From Gemmatimonadota bacterium (GTDB taxonomy: Bacteria; Gemmatimonadota; Gemmatimonadetes; Gemmatimonadales; GWC2-71-9), in NCBI GenBank assembly GCA_003221005.1, contig QHTZ01000067.1, forward strand, positions 43,417 through 107,416: a stretch of 64,000 nucleotides of DNA. The letters run 5' to 3'. Under the pieces are notes generated by a model. That model was not told the DNA's origin, did not search any database, and was given only the letters and a program-made list of their open reading frames with translations. Below are positions 47,460 to 57,332 of this stretch, in pieces. Position numbers and translations under genes: made by a program. How positions within the stretch are numbered: position 1 is the stretch's first letter; each line of letters opens with the position of its first letter.

Positions 47460-47470
47460 GCGCCGTGGCG

Positions 47471-48292
47471 TTACGCGGGCTTTCGCGCGCGCACGAACGC
47501 GCCCATGATCCTGCCGCTCACCTCGCGCGCCAGGACATCGACGTCGAGCCCGGCCCCAGCCAGCACGGCCCGCGCATCCTCGAAGCTGTAGATCCGGGTC
47601 GGCTCGATCCCGACGTTTTCGAAGCCGTTCGCGCTAAGCAGCGCCTTGAACTCTTCCTCCTCGAGGGCGCCGGCCACGCATCCCACCCACAGCTCCATGC
47701 TGCGGCGCACCTCACGCGGGATCTCCCCCCGCACCACGACGTCGGAGACGGCGAACCGGCCACCGGGCTTGAGCACGCGAAACGCCTCGGCCAGCACCCG
47801 CCGCTTATCGGCGGCGAGGTTGATGACGCAGTTCGAGATGATGACGTCCACCGACGCGTCCGGAAGAGGAATGCGCTCGATGTCCCCTTTCAAGAACTCG
47901 ACGTTCTCGACCCCGGCCTTCCGCTGGTTTTCGCGCGCCAGGGCGAGCATCTCGTCGGTCATGTCGAGCCCGTACGCCTTGCCGGTCGGCCCCACGCGCC
48001 GGGCGGAGAGCAGCACGTCGATGCCCCCGCCGGAGCCGAGGTCGAGCACCACTTCTCCCGGGAGCAGCTCGGCGAGCGCAGTTGGGTTGCCGCAGCCGAG
48101 CGAAGCGAGCACGGCTTGCTCGGGGAGGGACGCGGTCTCAGCAGCCTCGTACAGGTTGGATGTGACGGGATCGCAGCCGCCGCTCGCTGCGGCGCCGCCG
48201 CAACACGAGCTTCCCTGCCCGTGCAGCACGCGCAGCGCCGCCTCTCCGTACTTCGCCCGTACGGTGTCCTTGATCACGGTGTCGTCGGTCAT
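47471..48292 (-). CDS. arsM: arsenite methyltransferase
   Basis: 'SCCG', 'SLGCGNP', 'LDLGSGGGID', 'ISNCVINL', 'WVGCVAGAL'. Confidence 0.9.
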   Translation of the reverse strand: MTDDTVIKDTVRAKYGEAALRVLHGQGSSCCGGAAASGGCDPVTSNLYEAAETASLPEQAVLASLGCGNPTALAELLPGEVVLDLGSGGGIDVLLSARRVGPTGKAYGLDMTDEMLALARENQRKAGVENVEFLKGDIERIPLPDASVDVIISNCVINLAADKRRVLAEAFRVLKPGGRFAVSDVVVRGEIPREVRRSMELWVGCVAGALEEEEFKALLSANGFENVGIEPTRIYSFEDARAVLAGAGLDVDVLAREVSGRIMGAFVRARKPA

Positions 48293-48329
48293 CTGTCCTC
48301 CTGAACAAACGTCAATGGGTCAACCACGG

Positions 48330-48358
48330 TTGACAAGAGGGGTACCCCTGGCGATACT
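48330..48358 (+). promoter_or_regulatory. sigma70 promoter for rpsU-csp, overlapped by an inverted repeat
   Basis: TTGACA-N17-GATACT; gtcaacc-ac-ggttgac palindrome at 48319-48334. Confidence 0.65.
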
Positions 48359-48455
48359 GTGCGCGAGCGCAATGAACCAGAGACTGTTCCGAGGACCTGG
48401 GCTTCGCCCGTGGTCCTCGTTCGTTTCTGGAGGCTTTCACTGGAAGCGAGGCCGC

Positions 48456-48653
48456 ATGCAGGTGACGCTGGGCGAGAACGACCGACTGGACTTCGTCCTG
48501 AAGAAGTTTCGCCGTCAGATCGCCAAGGCCGGGCTGTTCCAGGACATGAAGCGCAAGCGCTTCTTCGAGGGCCCGCGCGCTCAGCGACGGCGGAAGGACA
48601 AGGCAGCGGCCCGCCGCAAGGCGAAATCCGCGCACCGTCGCGAACACCAATAA
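48456..48653 (+). CDS. rpsU: 30S ribosomal protein bS21
   Basis: '[26 protein letters not shown]...RRRK'; 65 aa and basic. Confidence 0.85.
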   Translation: MQVTLGENDRLDFVLKKFRRQIAKAGLFQDMKRKRFFEGPRAQRRRKDKAAARRKAKSAHRREHQ

Positions 48654-48670
48654 GTAAGGAGTGGCATCAG

Positions 48671-48880
48671 ATGGCACGCATCACCGGTACCGTGAAGTGG
48701 TTCAACGACGCGAAGGGCTTCGGCTTCATCACGCCCGAGAACGGCGAAAAGGACTGCTTCGTGCATCACACCGCGATCCAGGCGGAAGGTTTCAAGACAC
48801 TGGCTGAAGGTCAGCGCGTCGAGTTCGACGTCGTGCAGGGGCAAAAGGGCCCAGCGGCGCAGAACGTCGTCAAGCTCTAA
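48671..48880 (+). CDS. cspA: cold-shock protein
   Basis: '[15 protein letters not shown]', 'DCFVHH', 'KGPAAQNV'. Confidence 0.95.
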   Translation: MARITGTVKWFNDAKGFGFITPENGEKDCFVHHTAIQAEGFKTLAEGQRVEFDVVQGQKGPAAQNVVKL

Positions 48881-48903
48881 GCCCGACCCGGTACCAGAAA
48901 ACG

Positions 48904-48933
48904 AACGGCGCCATCCGTGAGGACGGCGCCGTT
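48904..48933. terminator. intrinsic terminator hairpin between convergent genes
   Basis: aacggcgcc..tcc-gtga-gga..ggcgccgtt with a preceding A-run. Confidence 0.7.
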
Positions 48934-48953
48934 GGTGCTTTAGGGAACAACCC

Positions 48954-50585
48954 CTAGCTCACCATCTGCGCGGTGGCATGGGGGATGACCTTCAGGAACG
49001 CCGCCACGACGCGTTCGGACCACCACGCCCGGCAGTTCATGATCTCCTCGAGCGCGCGCTCCGCGCTCACGGCCGCATGCTCCGTGCGCGAGTTTGTGAG
49101 CGAATCGTAGACATCCAGGATGCCGACGATCTGCGCGGACAGCGGGATCTCGTCTCCCTTGAGCCGATCGGGATACCCGCTCCCGTCGCAACGCTCATGA
49201 TGCCAGCGGATGATGGGCTTCAGGTCCCACGGAAACTCGACGTTCCCGAGCAGCTCGATCCCCCAGATAGGATGCATCTGCAAGAGTTCGCGCTCGGCGC
49301 GGGTGAGCGGCCCGGGCTTGTGGAGAATCTCGTGGGGGACGCGTACCTTGCCGACGTCATGGAGATAGGCGCCGAGCAGAATGGTCGTCTCCTCCTGGTC
49401 GTTTAGCCCGAGGGCCCGCGCCACGGCGACCGCGTTTTGCGCCACGCGCTCGCAATGACCGAACGTGCAGCCGTCGCTCGATTCGATCGACTGGCCCCAC
49501 GCGCGCACCACCGCCAGATACGTGGCTTCGAGCTCGGCCAACTTGCCGCCTACGTAGACCAGGTCCGCTCGGGCGTCCAGTTGGCGGAATAGGCCGTGGG
49601 CAACGTTGAGCACCCCGAGCGCGTCCTGGTTCCGGCCCATCGCCTGATGCAGGATGGCCAATTCGCGGGAGGCCTCCGCCTCGCCGAGGACGGAGCCCGC
49701 CGCGACGGCCAGCTCGATCGCCGCCAGGAACCGCGCCTCCGCGAGCGCCGGACGGCCCGTCTCGCGGTACACCATCCCGAGCACCCGATAAGCCCCGGCC
49801 TTGGGCCCACGCGCCCCGAGGTGATCGAACACGGCGAGCGCTTCCTCGGCCTTCTGGCGCGCGTCCTCGAACCGCTGGCGCATCACGTCCACCTCGGCGT
49901 GATTGACGAGACAGAGTCCGCGCAGATGGAGGTCGCCGACCCGCTCGGCGAGGGACCGGGCCTCGCGGAAATAGCAGTCTGCCGCATGGAACCGTCCCCG
50001 ATCCGCGCTCACCATCCCCAGGTTGTGGTACGCGATCGCGCACCCCTGCGCGTCACCGGAGCCGCGGTACGCCTCGAGGGACCGCTCGTAGCGCGCGATG
50101 GCCTCGCGCAGCTCGCCCTGGATGTTCGCGAGGATGCCGAGATTCTGCTCGACGCGAGCGCGCAGCTCCTTCCTCGATCCGCCGAGCTCGAGCGCCTCGA
50201 GAAACGTCAGCCGGGCGTCCTCGACCTTCCCGGCAGCCAGGTGGAGGCCGCCCAACGTATTCAACGCTTCCGCGGCAAGTAGCTCGTTGCCGATCTGCCG
50301 CGCGATCTCGTAGCTCCTGCGGCACAACGCGTGGGCCTGACCGGACTCATTCCCGTGGTGCCTGAGGATCGCAAGCCGCCGCAGCGCTTCGGCCAGCACC
50401 GTGTGCTCCCCGGCCTGCTCCGCGGCGGCGATGGCGGATCCGAAGCGCGCAATCGCTTCGGGGATCCGTCCCGCGCGCTCCTGCTGCCGCGCCTCGTGCA
50501 GCAGGTCCGCGCTGCGACGCATCACGCCGAGGGAGCGGCGCGGGGTCGCCCGGTCGGACACCCAGCCCTCACCAGGCGATGGCAT
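48954..50585 (-). CDS. TPR-repeat HD-GYP phosphodiesterase
   Basis: Multiple TPRs; 'GHCERVA', 'LHDVGK', 'HHERCDGSGYP'. Confidence 0.9.
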   Translation of the reverse strand: MPSPGEGWVSDRATPRRSLGVMRRSADLLHEARQQERAGRIPEAIARFGSAIAAAEQAGEHTVLAEALRRLAILRHHGNESGQAHALCRRSYEIARQIGNELLAAEALNTLGGLHLAAGKVEDARLTFLEALELGGSRKELRARVEQNLGILANIQGELREAIARYERSLEAYRGSGDAQGCAIAYHNLGMVSADRGRFHAADCYFREARSLAERVGDLHLRGLCLVNHAEVDVMRQRFEDARQKAEEALAVFDHLGARGPKAGAYRVLGMVYRETGRPALAEARFLAAIELAVAAGSVLGEAEASRELAILHQAMGRNQDALGVLNVAHGLFRQLDARADLVYVGGKLAELEATYLAVVRAWGQSIESSDGCTFGHCERVAQNAVAVARALGLNDQEETTILLGAYLHDVGKVRVPHEILHKPGPLTRAERELLQMHPIWGIELLGNVEFPWDLKPIIRWHHERCDGSGYPDRLKGDEIPLSAQIVGILDVYDSLTNSRTEHAAVSAERALEEIMNCRAWWSERVVAAFLKVIPHATAQMVS

Positions 50586-51105
50586 AGTCGGAAAAGTGAC
50601 TGAGGTTGGCGGTGACCGCCTGAGCCGACGGGTCGTCGACCGACGGTAGGTACTCCAGGATGGACCCGGAGGCGTTCAAGTAGGCGATCCGCTTCGCGGC
50701 GCTGATCGCGCTGCAGTTGGCGTAGCTCATGGTCAGCGACGCCGGCTGCTGGAACGTGAGGCCTTCAGGTTGGAAGACGACCCGGTTGAGGGTGTCCGAC
50801 GGCGCTACCGCCGTGATGCTTACGGAGTCGCTCAGGGCACCCGGCGGGACCGAGAGTGTCTGCCCCCCCACCACGAGCGCTCCGCCCGCGGGACCGATCG
50901 TCTGCGTGACCGAATCGGCGGCGATGGGGGAGCACCTGAGCAGGCCCGCGCTCTGCTGGGCGGTTTGCACCAGCGAGTCGAGGAGGTCTCCCTGTATCGT
51001 CGGCGCTCGGGCATTCACGCCGAGGGGCGAGCGATCTCCACAGCTCAGGACGAGCACGGTGGCACCGCCGAGCAGCGCGGAGCGCACGAAGGCAGGGACG
51101 TTCAT
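50569..51105 (-). CDS. lipoprotein (ZU5-like beta domain)
   Basis: Lipobox 'VLSC'; 'IGPAGG...VPPGAL...HFSDYA'. Confidence 0.7.
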   Translation of the reverse strand: MNVPAFVRSALLGGATVLVLSCGDRSPLGVNARAPTIQGDLLDSLVQTAQQSAGLLRCSPIAADSVTQTIGPAGGALVVGGQTLSVPPGALSDSVSITAVAPSDTLNRVVFQPEGLTFQQPASLTMSYANCSAISAAKRIAYLNASGSILEYLPSVDDPSAQAVTANLSHFSDYAIAW

Positions 51106-52058
51106 CGAATGGTTCTCCTGTTCTCAAGCACGAAGCCGGGCGGCGTGGTGCGCGGCACGGACGCGCCGTCACCCCCAGGCACCGCAGTCACCTCGAAGCG
51201 ACGCACCCACGGGCAGTCCGGCTCCGCCTGGCCGACCCGCACGGCAGCCATCGCGCGAGCGAGCAGCTCGGCCGGATCAATCGGCGAATAGCCCAGGTTG
51301 CCGACCGCGTCGTAGCCGGCGCGCAGCGTTGCCCCGGGAATGAGGACCGCCCCGCCAACGGTGTGGCAAAGGACGGTGCCGACCCGCTGCGCGAGCTTCA
51401 CGGCACCAGCATGGTTGGTCGCGGGCGCGAGCAGTGCGAACTCGCTCGAGCTCATCACCCCGACCACGTCGGACAATCGTGCGGCGTAAGCCAGGAGGGA
51501 TCCGGCCTTGGGAACCGGGAGGTCGCTCGACAGCGCGAACACGACGCACGCCAGCGCCCCGTGCTCCCGGGCCATCAGCGCCCCGAGCTCCCGCGCCCGC
51601 CGGGCGAGCGCCGACCGACTGTGGAGGCCGGTCGCCGGGTCAACCAGACCTGCCGCCAACGCGACATCGACACTCCGCTTCGCCTGGACGTACGCTTCGA
51701 GATTGAGCGACAGCTCCCCGGCAGTGGGCGGAGCGCGGAGAAAGTCCCAGGCACCAGCGCGCAAGGCCGCCACGCGCTGCTCGGGTGTCGGTTTATCAGG
51801 AGCGACGATGAGGATCGGCACCGTTTGAGCCACTCGCGCATCGGCGTGCAGCAGCCGGCACGCGTCGATCCCCGACATATCAGGAAGCTCAGCCTCGAGC
51901 AGGATGGCGTCCGGGGCGAACTCACGCGCGCGCTCGAGTACCTCCGCGCCCGTGTGCACCTCAGTCACCGCGTACTCATTGCGGCCGAGCAGGGGCGCAA
52001 GAGAGTGCTCCGCGGCAGTCGCGATCAGGACGACGGGCGGTGCGCCGGTGGTGGCCAT
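51102..52058 (-). CDS. response regulator fused to a degenerate GGDEF domain
   Basis: Receiver 'ILLEAELPDMSGI' has Glu at the phospho-Asp position; 'DPATGLHSR'; GGDEF position reads 'SSSEF'. Confidence 0.75.
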   Translation of the reverse strand: MATTGAPPVVLIATAAEHSLAPLLGRNEYAVTEVHTGAEVLERAREFAPDAILLEAELPDMSGIDACRLLHADARVAQTVPILIVAPDKPTPEQRVAALRAGAWDFLRAPPTAGELSLNLEAYVQAKRSVDVALAAGLVDPATGLHSRSALARRARELGALMAREHGALACVVFALSSDLPVPKAGSLLAYAARLSDVVGVMSSSEFALLAPATNHAGAVKLAQRVGTVLCHTVGGAVLIPGATLRAGYDAVGNLGYSPIDPAELLARAMAAVRVGQAEPDCPWVRRFEVTAVPGGDGASVPRTTPPGFVLENRRTIR

Positions 52059-52230
52059 AGGATCGTGTGGCCTCCCTGCAACGAGCGCGCCGCGCGCGCA
52101 CAGCACGGGGAGCCTCAGGTTCGCGCGAGGGCGGCACCATTCTGAGGCCGGGGGTCGGTCGGCTTGCCTCAACTCGCGGCGCGCGGCGATTGCCGGGCGC
52201 TGCACGGTGTTGCGCGAGGGCCACAGCACG

Positions 52231-52737
52231 TCATGACTTCCGCCAAGGGTGCAATCTCGGAACCCAGCGCGGCACATTGGCGCAGAACGCGTCGTATTCG
52301 GCGCCGAACGTCGCGCGCAACGTCGGCTCCTCGTACAGCAGGACAAAGCCGTGAAACGCGAGCCAGAGCAGCGCTGCATACCCGAGCAGCGGAGCGCTGC
52401 CCAGCACCAGGCCCTGACCGACAATCAGCGCCACCAGAGCCACGTACATAGGGTTTCGGACGTAGCGATAGAAACCGCGGACGACCAGGTGGCGGGTGGG
52501 AAATACCGGTGCCGGCGTGCCGAGGCCTTCGAGCGCGAAGCGCCGGAATGCGTCCAGCAACACTGGAAGTCCGGCGGCGATTAGCGCGCCGCCGGCGATC
52601 CGGATCGCGGGGACACCCAACAGCGGCGCCTGTACGCGCCATCCCGAGATCCACCACGGCACGAGTCCGGCGACCGTGCCGGGCGCGATCACCAGGAACA
52701 CCGCGGATCCCAGCACCGCGAACACGCGCCGCGTCAT
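52231..52737 (-). CDS. ICMT/PEMT-family membrane methyltransferase
   Basis: 'GTPAPVFPT..LVVRGFYRYVRNPMY', 'EEPTL..FG..Y'. Confidence 0.85.
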   Translation of the reverse strand: MTRRVFAVLGSAVFLVIAPGTVAGLVPWWISGWRVQAPLLGVPAIRIAGGALIAAGLPVLLDAFRRFALEGLGTPAPVFPTRHLVVRGFYRYVRNPMYVALVALIVGQGLVLGSAPLLGYAALLWLAFHGFVLLYEEPTLRATFGAEYDAFCANVPRWVPRLHPWRKS

Positions 52738-52742
52738 CGTCA

Positions 52743-53135
52743 CTACAGCACGACGAGTTTCCCGCCGCCGGTGAGCAAGATCACGAGATTCATCACGAGC
52801 AGCATCAGGTCGTAATGCCAGCCGTACGCCCTGCCACCCCAGAACCCGGTCCTCCACACGAAGACCTTTTTCTGTATCGCCCCGAGCATGATGAGGATCA
52901 GCCCGATCGCCGCGAGCTGGGTCAAGATGCCGAGCGCCACACCGATACTTCCGAGCACTTCGGCCGATCCGAGGAAGACCGTGAATCCGGTGCTCGCCCC
53001 GATGCTGTGTGATCGTGCGGCCGGGTCCCTGAGATGACTCAGCCCGCTCGAGAAGAACACCGTCGCGACCATCAGTCTCAAGAGGAGCAGCCCGACGTCG
53101 CTGAACCGCAGCAGCGCCGGAAACAGGACGTGCAT
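52743..53135 (-). CDS. DoxX family membrane protein
   Basis: 'LLLLRLMVATVFFSSG', 'AEVLG', 'GWHYDL'. Confidence 0.85.
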   Translation of the reverse strand: MHVLFPALLRFSDVGLLLLRLMVATVFFSSGLSHLRDPAARSHSIGASTGFTVFLGSAEVLGSIGVALGILTQLAAIGLILIMLGAIQKKVFVWRTGFWGGRAYGWHYDLMLLVMNLVILLTGGGKLVVL

Positions 53136-53647
53136 CAGCCCCGCTCGTGCGCCGCCACCGCCCGGTCCGCGTGGGCTTCCACAAACCACAGCCACTTGTC
53201 GACCCCGCGGGAAATCTCGGTGCAGATGTCGGTCGCGTCCGCGTCCCCCAGATCGTCCGTCTCGTCGATGGTCCGGCGGATGCGCTCGCCGAAGCGGGCC
53301 AGGGCGTTGGACAACGCCCACACGTGTTGTTCGCCGCTCGACAGGTTGAGCGGGTACTGAGGGAGCTCGGAGCGCTCGGCGACGATCGCGCCAGTCCCTT
53401 CGGCCACGCCCCCGAGCTGGACGATGCGCTCCGCGAGGAGGTCAACGTAGTCCTCCACGGCTCCGTAGATCTCGTCGAACAGTTTATGAAGCGCGATGAA
53501 TTGCGGCCCCTTCACGTTCCAGTGCGCCTGTTTCGCCTGCAACTGGAGGTCGATAGCGTCGGCCAACCGTTGATTCAACAGGTCGATCACCTGAGCCCGG
53601 GTCGATTCCGGGATGTCGTTCAGTGTCTCGTGCGTAGCGCCAGCCAT
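53135..53647 (-). CDS. dps: DNA starvation/stationary phase protection protein
   Basis: 'AHWNVKGPQFIALHKLFDE', 'DLLAERIVQLGG', 'DKWLWFVEAH'. Confidence 0.95.
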   Translation of the reverse strand: MAGATHETLNDIPESTRAQVIDLLNQRLADAIDLQLQAKQAHWNVKGPQFIALHKLFDEIYGAVEDYVDLLAERIVQLGGVAEGTGAIVAERSELPQYPLNLSSGEQHVWALSNALARFGERIRRTIDETDDLGDADATDICTEISRGVDKWLWFVEAHADRAVAAHERG

Positions 53648-53999
53648 GGGCGAGCTCCAGTCTGTCGTGGAGTGAGTGGTGGAGTGGAATAGTAGCGTCG
53701 ATTCCAGCGGCCTGGTCCGCCGGTACGACTCAGCAATCATCTGTCTCGAAGGAAAGTTCCCCGCCCAGGGCTCCGGGGCGGCGCCGCCGCGCGCTCGAGG
53801 CACGGCTCCCGCGCGAGCCCTTTCCGGTTTATCTTTGCGGTGGCGCGCGCGGCCTTCACCGCCCACGCCCCCTGTCGGGAGCGGTCCATCATCTCCGGTG
53901 GACCGAGGCGTTGCCCAAACGGCCCCCTGGCAGCGGTACCACACACCAATGGGAGCGTCGCATGTCCTGCCAAGGCACCAAGGGCTCCGACACGCCGCT

Positions 54000-55511
54000 G
54001 TGAGCGCGGTGCACACCGCGCGCCCCGTCATCATCGGGTCCGGCCTCGCCGGCCTGTGGACCGCGTGGCGGATGGCGGTAGCGGGTCGCGCCTGTCTCCT
54101 CGTGACCAAGCGCAGCCTGGCTGACAGTGCCAGTGCCTGGGCGCAAGGCGGCATCGCGGCGGCTCTCGGCCCCGGAGACAGCCCGGCCCTGCACGCCGCC
54201 GACACGCTGGCGGCGAGCGACGGGCTCGCGGACCCCGAGGCGGTCCGCATCCTCACGAGCGAAGGGCCCGAGCGCATCCGGCAGCTGGTAGCGTTGGGCG
54301 CGACGTTCGATCGCGGGCCCGATGGGCGCCTCGCGTTCGGCCTCGAGGCCGCACACAGCCGGCCGCGGATCCTGCACGCCGGCGGCGACCGGACGGGGGC
54401 GATGCTGGTGCATTGCCTGGCTCGGATCGTGGCCGATCACCCCCAAATCGAGATTCGGGAGCACACGGAAGTCGCCCGCTTGTTGCTCGCCGATGGCCGC
54501 GTGGTGGGGGTGGTAGCGGTCGTGGCGGGCGGCGGCGTGCTGACGCTACCGGCTCCGGCGGTCGTTCTGGCGACGGGCGGCGTGGGACAGCTCTACGCCC
54601 TCACGACCAATCCTCTCGTGGCGACGGGCGATGGCTGGGCGCTGGCGCACCACGTGGGCGCCGAGCTGCGCGACATCGAGTTCCTGCAGTTCCATCCCAC
54701 CGCGCTCAAGCTCGCGGGCGTGAACCCCGCGCCCCTCATCTCGGAAGCGGTCCGGGGTGCGGGCGCGACCCTGGTGGACCAGCACGGTCGCCGGTTCTTG
54801 GTCGAGGTGGATCCCCGCGCGGAGCTGGCACCACGGCATGTCGTGGCGCGCGCCGTCGCCGCCGCCGACCGCGCGGGCGGAGCGTGGCTGGACGCGCGCC
54901 GCGTGAAGGGCTTCGCTGCGCACTTCCCCTCCATCAGGGCGATGCTCGCGGGCCACGGCCTCGATCCCGCGCGCGATCTCATCCCCGTGGCGCCAGCGAT
55001 GCACTACGCCATGGGCGGGATCGCGACCGATCTGGCCGGGCGCTCGAGCGTCCCCGGGCTCTGGGCCGTGGGCGAGGTGGCCTGCACCGGCGTCCACGGC
55101 GCGAACCGCCTGGCATCGAACTCGCTGCTCGAGGGGCTGGTGTTCGCCGATCGCGCGGGGCGCGCACTCGCCGCGCTGCCCGCACGGCGGCCGCCCGCGG
55201 CGTCGCCGGAAGCGTCCGGGTGGCCACCCGATCGCGACGCCGACGCGGAATGCGAGGCGCTGCGCCGCCAGCTGCGGCTGGTGATGACGGCCGACGTGGG
55301 AATCGAGCGCAGCGAGTCGTCGCTGCTGCGTGCTGCGCGCGCCTTGGCCGAGCTCCTCGCGGCGGCCCCGCCGTCGGCATGGCGTACGCGTAACCAGATC
55401 ACCGTAGCGCTGCTCATCACGGAGGCCGCGCGGCGACGGCGCGAGACGCGGGGCGGCCACGCCCGGCTCGACTACCCGCGGCGGGCCGGCGTGCCGGCGG
55501 TCGCATCATGA
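54000..55511 (+). CDS. nadB: L-aspartate oxidase
   Basis: 'IIGSGLAGL', 'WAQGGIAA', 'QFHPT', 'HGANRLASNSLLE'. Confidence 0.92.
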   Translation: MSAVHTARPVIIGSGLAGLWTAWRMAVAGRACLLVTKRSLADSASAWAQGGIAAALGPGDSPALHAADTLAASDGLADPEAVRILTSEGPERIRQLVALGATFDRGPDGRLAFGLEAAHSRPRILHAGGDRTGAMLVHCLARIVADHPQIEIREHTEVARLLLADGRVVGVVAVVAGGGVLTLPAPAVVLATGGVGQLYALTTNPLVATGDGWALAHHVGAELRDIEFLQFHPTALKLAGVNPAPLISEAVRGAGATLVDQHGRRFLVEVDPRAELAPRHVVARAVAAADRAGGAWLDARRVKGFAAHFPSIRAMLAGHGLDPARDLIPVAPAMHYAMGGIATDLAGRSSVPGLWAVGEVACTGVHGANRLASNSLLEGLVFADRAGRALAALPARRPPAASPEASGWPPDRDADAECEALRRQLRLVMTADVGIERSESSLLRAARALAELLAAAPPSAWRTRNQITVALLITEAARRRRETRGGHARLDYPRRAGVPAVAS

Positions 55512-56449
55512 CCGACTTAGTCACCGAGATCCGGGCGCTCAAGGTCGCGCGGCGCGCGGCGATCATCGCGCACAACTACCAGCGCCCCGAGATCCAGGAC
55601 CTGGCCGACGTAGTGGCCGACTCGCTCACCATGGCACGGCGCGCGATCGCCATCGACGCGTCCGTGATCGTCATTTGCGGGGTGCACTTCATGGCCGAGA
55701 CCGCCGCGATTGCAAACCCCGACAAGCGGGTGCTCATCCCGGACCCCGGTGCCGGGTGCTCCCTCGCGGCGACCATCCAGGCCGCAGACGTGCGCGCCTG
55801 GCGGGCCGCCCACCCCGATGGCGTCGTGGTCGCCTACGTGAACACGAGCGCGGCGGTGAAGGCGGAGGTCGACTACTGTTGCACTTCGGGGAACGCAGTC
55901 GCCGTGATTAACGCGCTCCCGCCCGACGTGCCGGTCCTGTTTCTTCCGGATTTCTTCCTCGGGAGCTACCTGCGGCGCGTGACCGGCCGGCCGCTCGACG
56001 TCTGGATGGGGGAATGCCACGTACACGCGGCCTTGACGCCAGACGTACTCGAAGCAAAGCGCCGCGAGCATCCGGACGCGGAATTCCTGGTCCATCCCGA
56101 GTGCGGCTGCGTCACGAGCGCGATGTACTACGCCGAGGTGGATGGCGACGTCGCCGCCGGCCGGACGCGCATCGTTTCGACCGAGCAGATGATGCGGCGC
56201 GCGCGCGCCTCGAGCGCCAGGGAGTTCGTGGTGGCGACGGAAACGGGCGTGCTGCACCGCCTGCGGCGTGAGAACCCCGAGAAGCAGTTCTCCGCGCTCG
56301 CCGAGTCAGCGGAGTGCCGCTACATGAAGATGATCACGCTGGAGAACCTCCGGGACGCGCTCCGCGACCTGAAATACGAGGTGACGGTGCCGCCCGAGAC
56401 GGCGGCGCGGGCGCGGCGCGCCATCGAGCGGATGCTCGCGATTGGCTGA
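55508..56449 (+). CDS. nadA: quinolinate synthase
   Basis: 'AHNYQ', 'CGVHFMAET', 'GCSLA', 'HPEC'. Confidence 0.95.
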   Translation: MTDLVTEIRALKVARRAAIIAHNYQRPEIQDLADVVADSLTMARRAIAIDASVIVICGVHFMAETAAIANPDKRVLIPDPGAGCSLAATIQAADVRAWRAAHPDGVVVAYVNTSAAVKAEVDYCCTSGNAVAVINALPPDVPVLFLPDFFLGSYLRRVTGRPLDVWMGECHVHAALTPDVLEAKRREHPDAEFLVHPECGCVTSAMYYAEVDGDVAAGRTRIVSTEQMMRRARASSAREFVVATETGVLHRLRRENPEKQFSALAESAECRYMKMITLENLRDALRDLKYEVTVPPETAARARRAIERMLAIG

Positions 56450-57290
56450 CGCGCGCGGCCGGAACGAGGTGGGCCGGGCGCTGGCGGAGGACCGGGCGAC
56501 GCACGACGTGACCACCCAGCTCCTCGGACCCGCCGCGGAGCGCCCCGCCTACGCCGACTTCGTCGCCGAAGCGCGGTTCGTGCTCGCCGGGATCCCGGTC
56601 GTCGCTAGCGTCTTTGCGGAGCTCGAGCCGACGGCGCGGGTCGATGCGCGGTGCAAGGAGGGAGACTGGGTCGCGGCCGGCACAGTGCTCGCCCGCGTGC
56701 GAGCCCGCGCCGGCACGCTCCTCGCCGGCGAGCGCGTCGCACTGAATTTCCTGCAGCGGTTGTCGGGGGTCGCCACCCTGACGCGCCGGGCGGTGGACGC
56801 GGTGGCCGGGACCGGCGCACGGATCACACACACGCGCAAGACGACGCCCGGCCTCCGGGCGCTCGAGCGTTACGCCGTCACCGTGGGGGGTGGGGTTGCG
56901 AACCGGGGATCACTCGCCGAGGCGGTCTTCTGGAAGGACAACCACTGGGCGCTCCTCGGCGACCGCGACCTGGCCGCGACGCTGGCTGCCGCGCCCGCGG
57001 GGGCGCCCGTGGTCGTCGAGGTGGAGAACGACGCCCAGCTCGAGCAGGCGCTCGGCGCCGGCGTGAGGTACATCCTGGCCGATAACCAGTCGCCCGAGCG
57101 CGTGGCAGCGTGGGTGCGGCGCGTGGGTCCGGGCGTCGCCGTCCAGGCCTCGGGCGGCATCACGCCGGAGACGGCTCGGGCTTACGCGGAGGCGGGAGCG
57201 ACGCTGATCTCGATCGGCGCGCTCACCCACTCGGCGCCCGCCGCGCCGATCCGGTGCGACATTGGAACGGTACCACCCTCTCCCAGTTGA
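56442..57290 (+). CDS. nadC: quinolinate phosphoribosyltransferase
   Basis: 'TRKTTPGLR', 'KDNH', 'VEVEN', 'ASGGIT', 'SIGALTHS'. Confidence 0.93.
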   Translation: MADARGRNEVGRALAEDRATHDVTTQLLGPAAERPAYADFVAEARFVLAGIPVVASVFAELEPTARVDARCKEGDWVAAGTVLARVRARAGTLLAGERVALNFLQRLSGVATLTRRAVDAVAGTGARITHTRKTTPGLRALERYAVTVGGGVANRGSLAEAVFWKDNHWALLGDRDLAATLAAAPAGAPVVVEVENDAQLEQALGAGVRYILADNQSPERVAAWVRRVGPGVAVQASGGITPETARAYAEAGATLISIGALTHSAPAAPIRCDIGTVPPSPS

Positions 57291-57332
57291 CTTCCAACGC
57301 ATCCGGAACCCTGCGAGATTGTTTCGGGGTTC

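Noticed and set aside
47471-48292. arsM as part of the MNIO cluster (arsenic-containing product)
   Set aside because: It is convergent, separately promoted and a typical detoxification ArsM. Adjacency is the only link.
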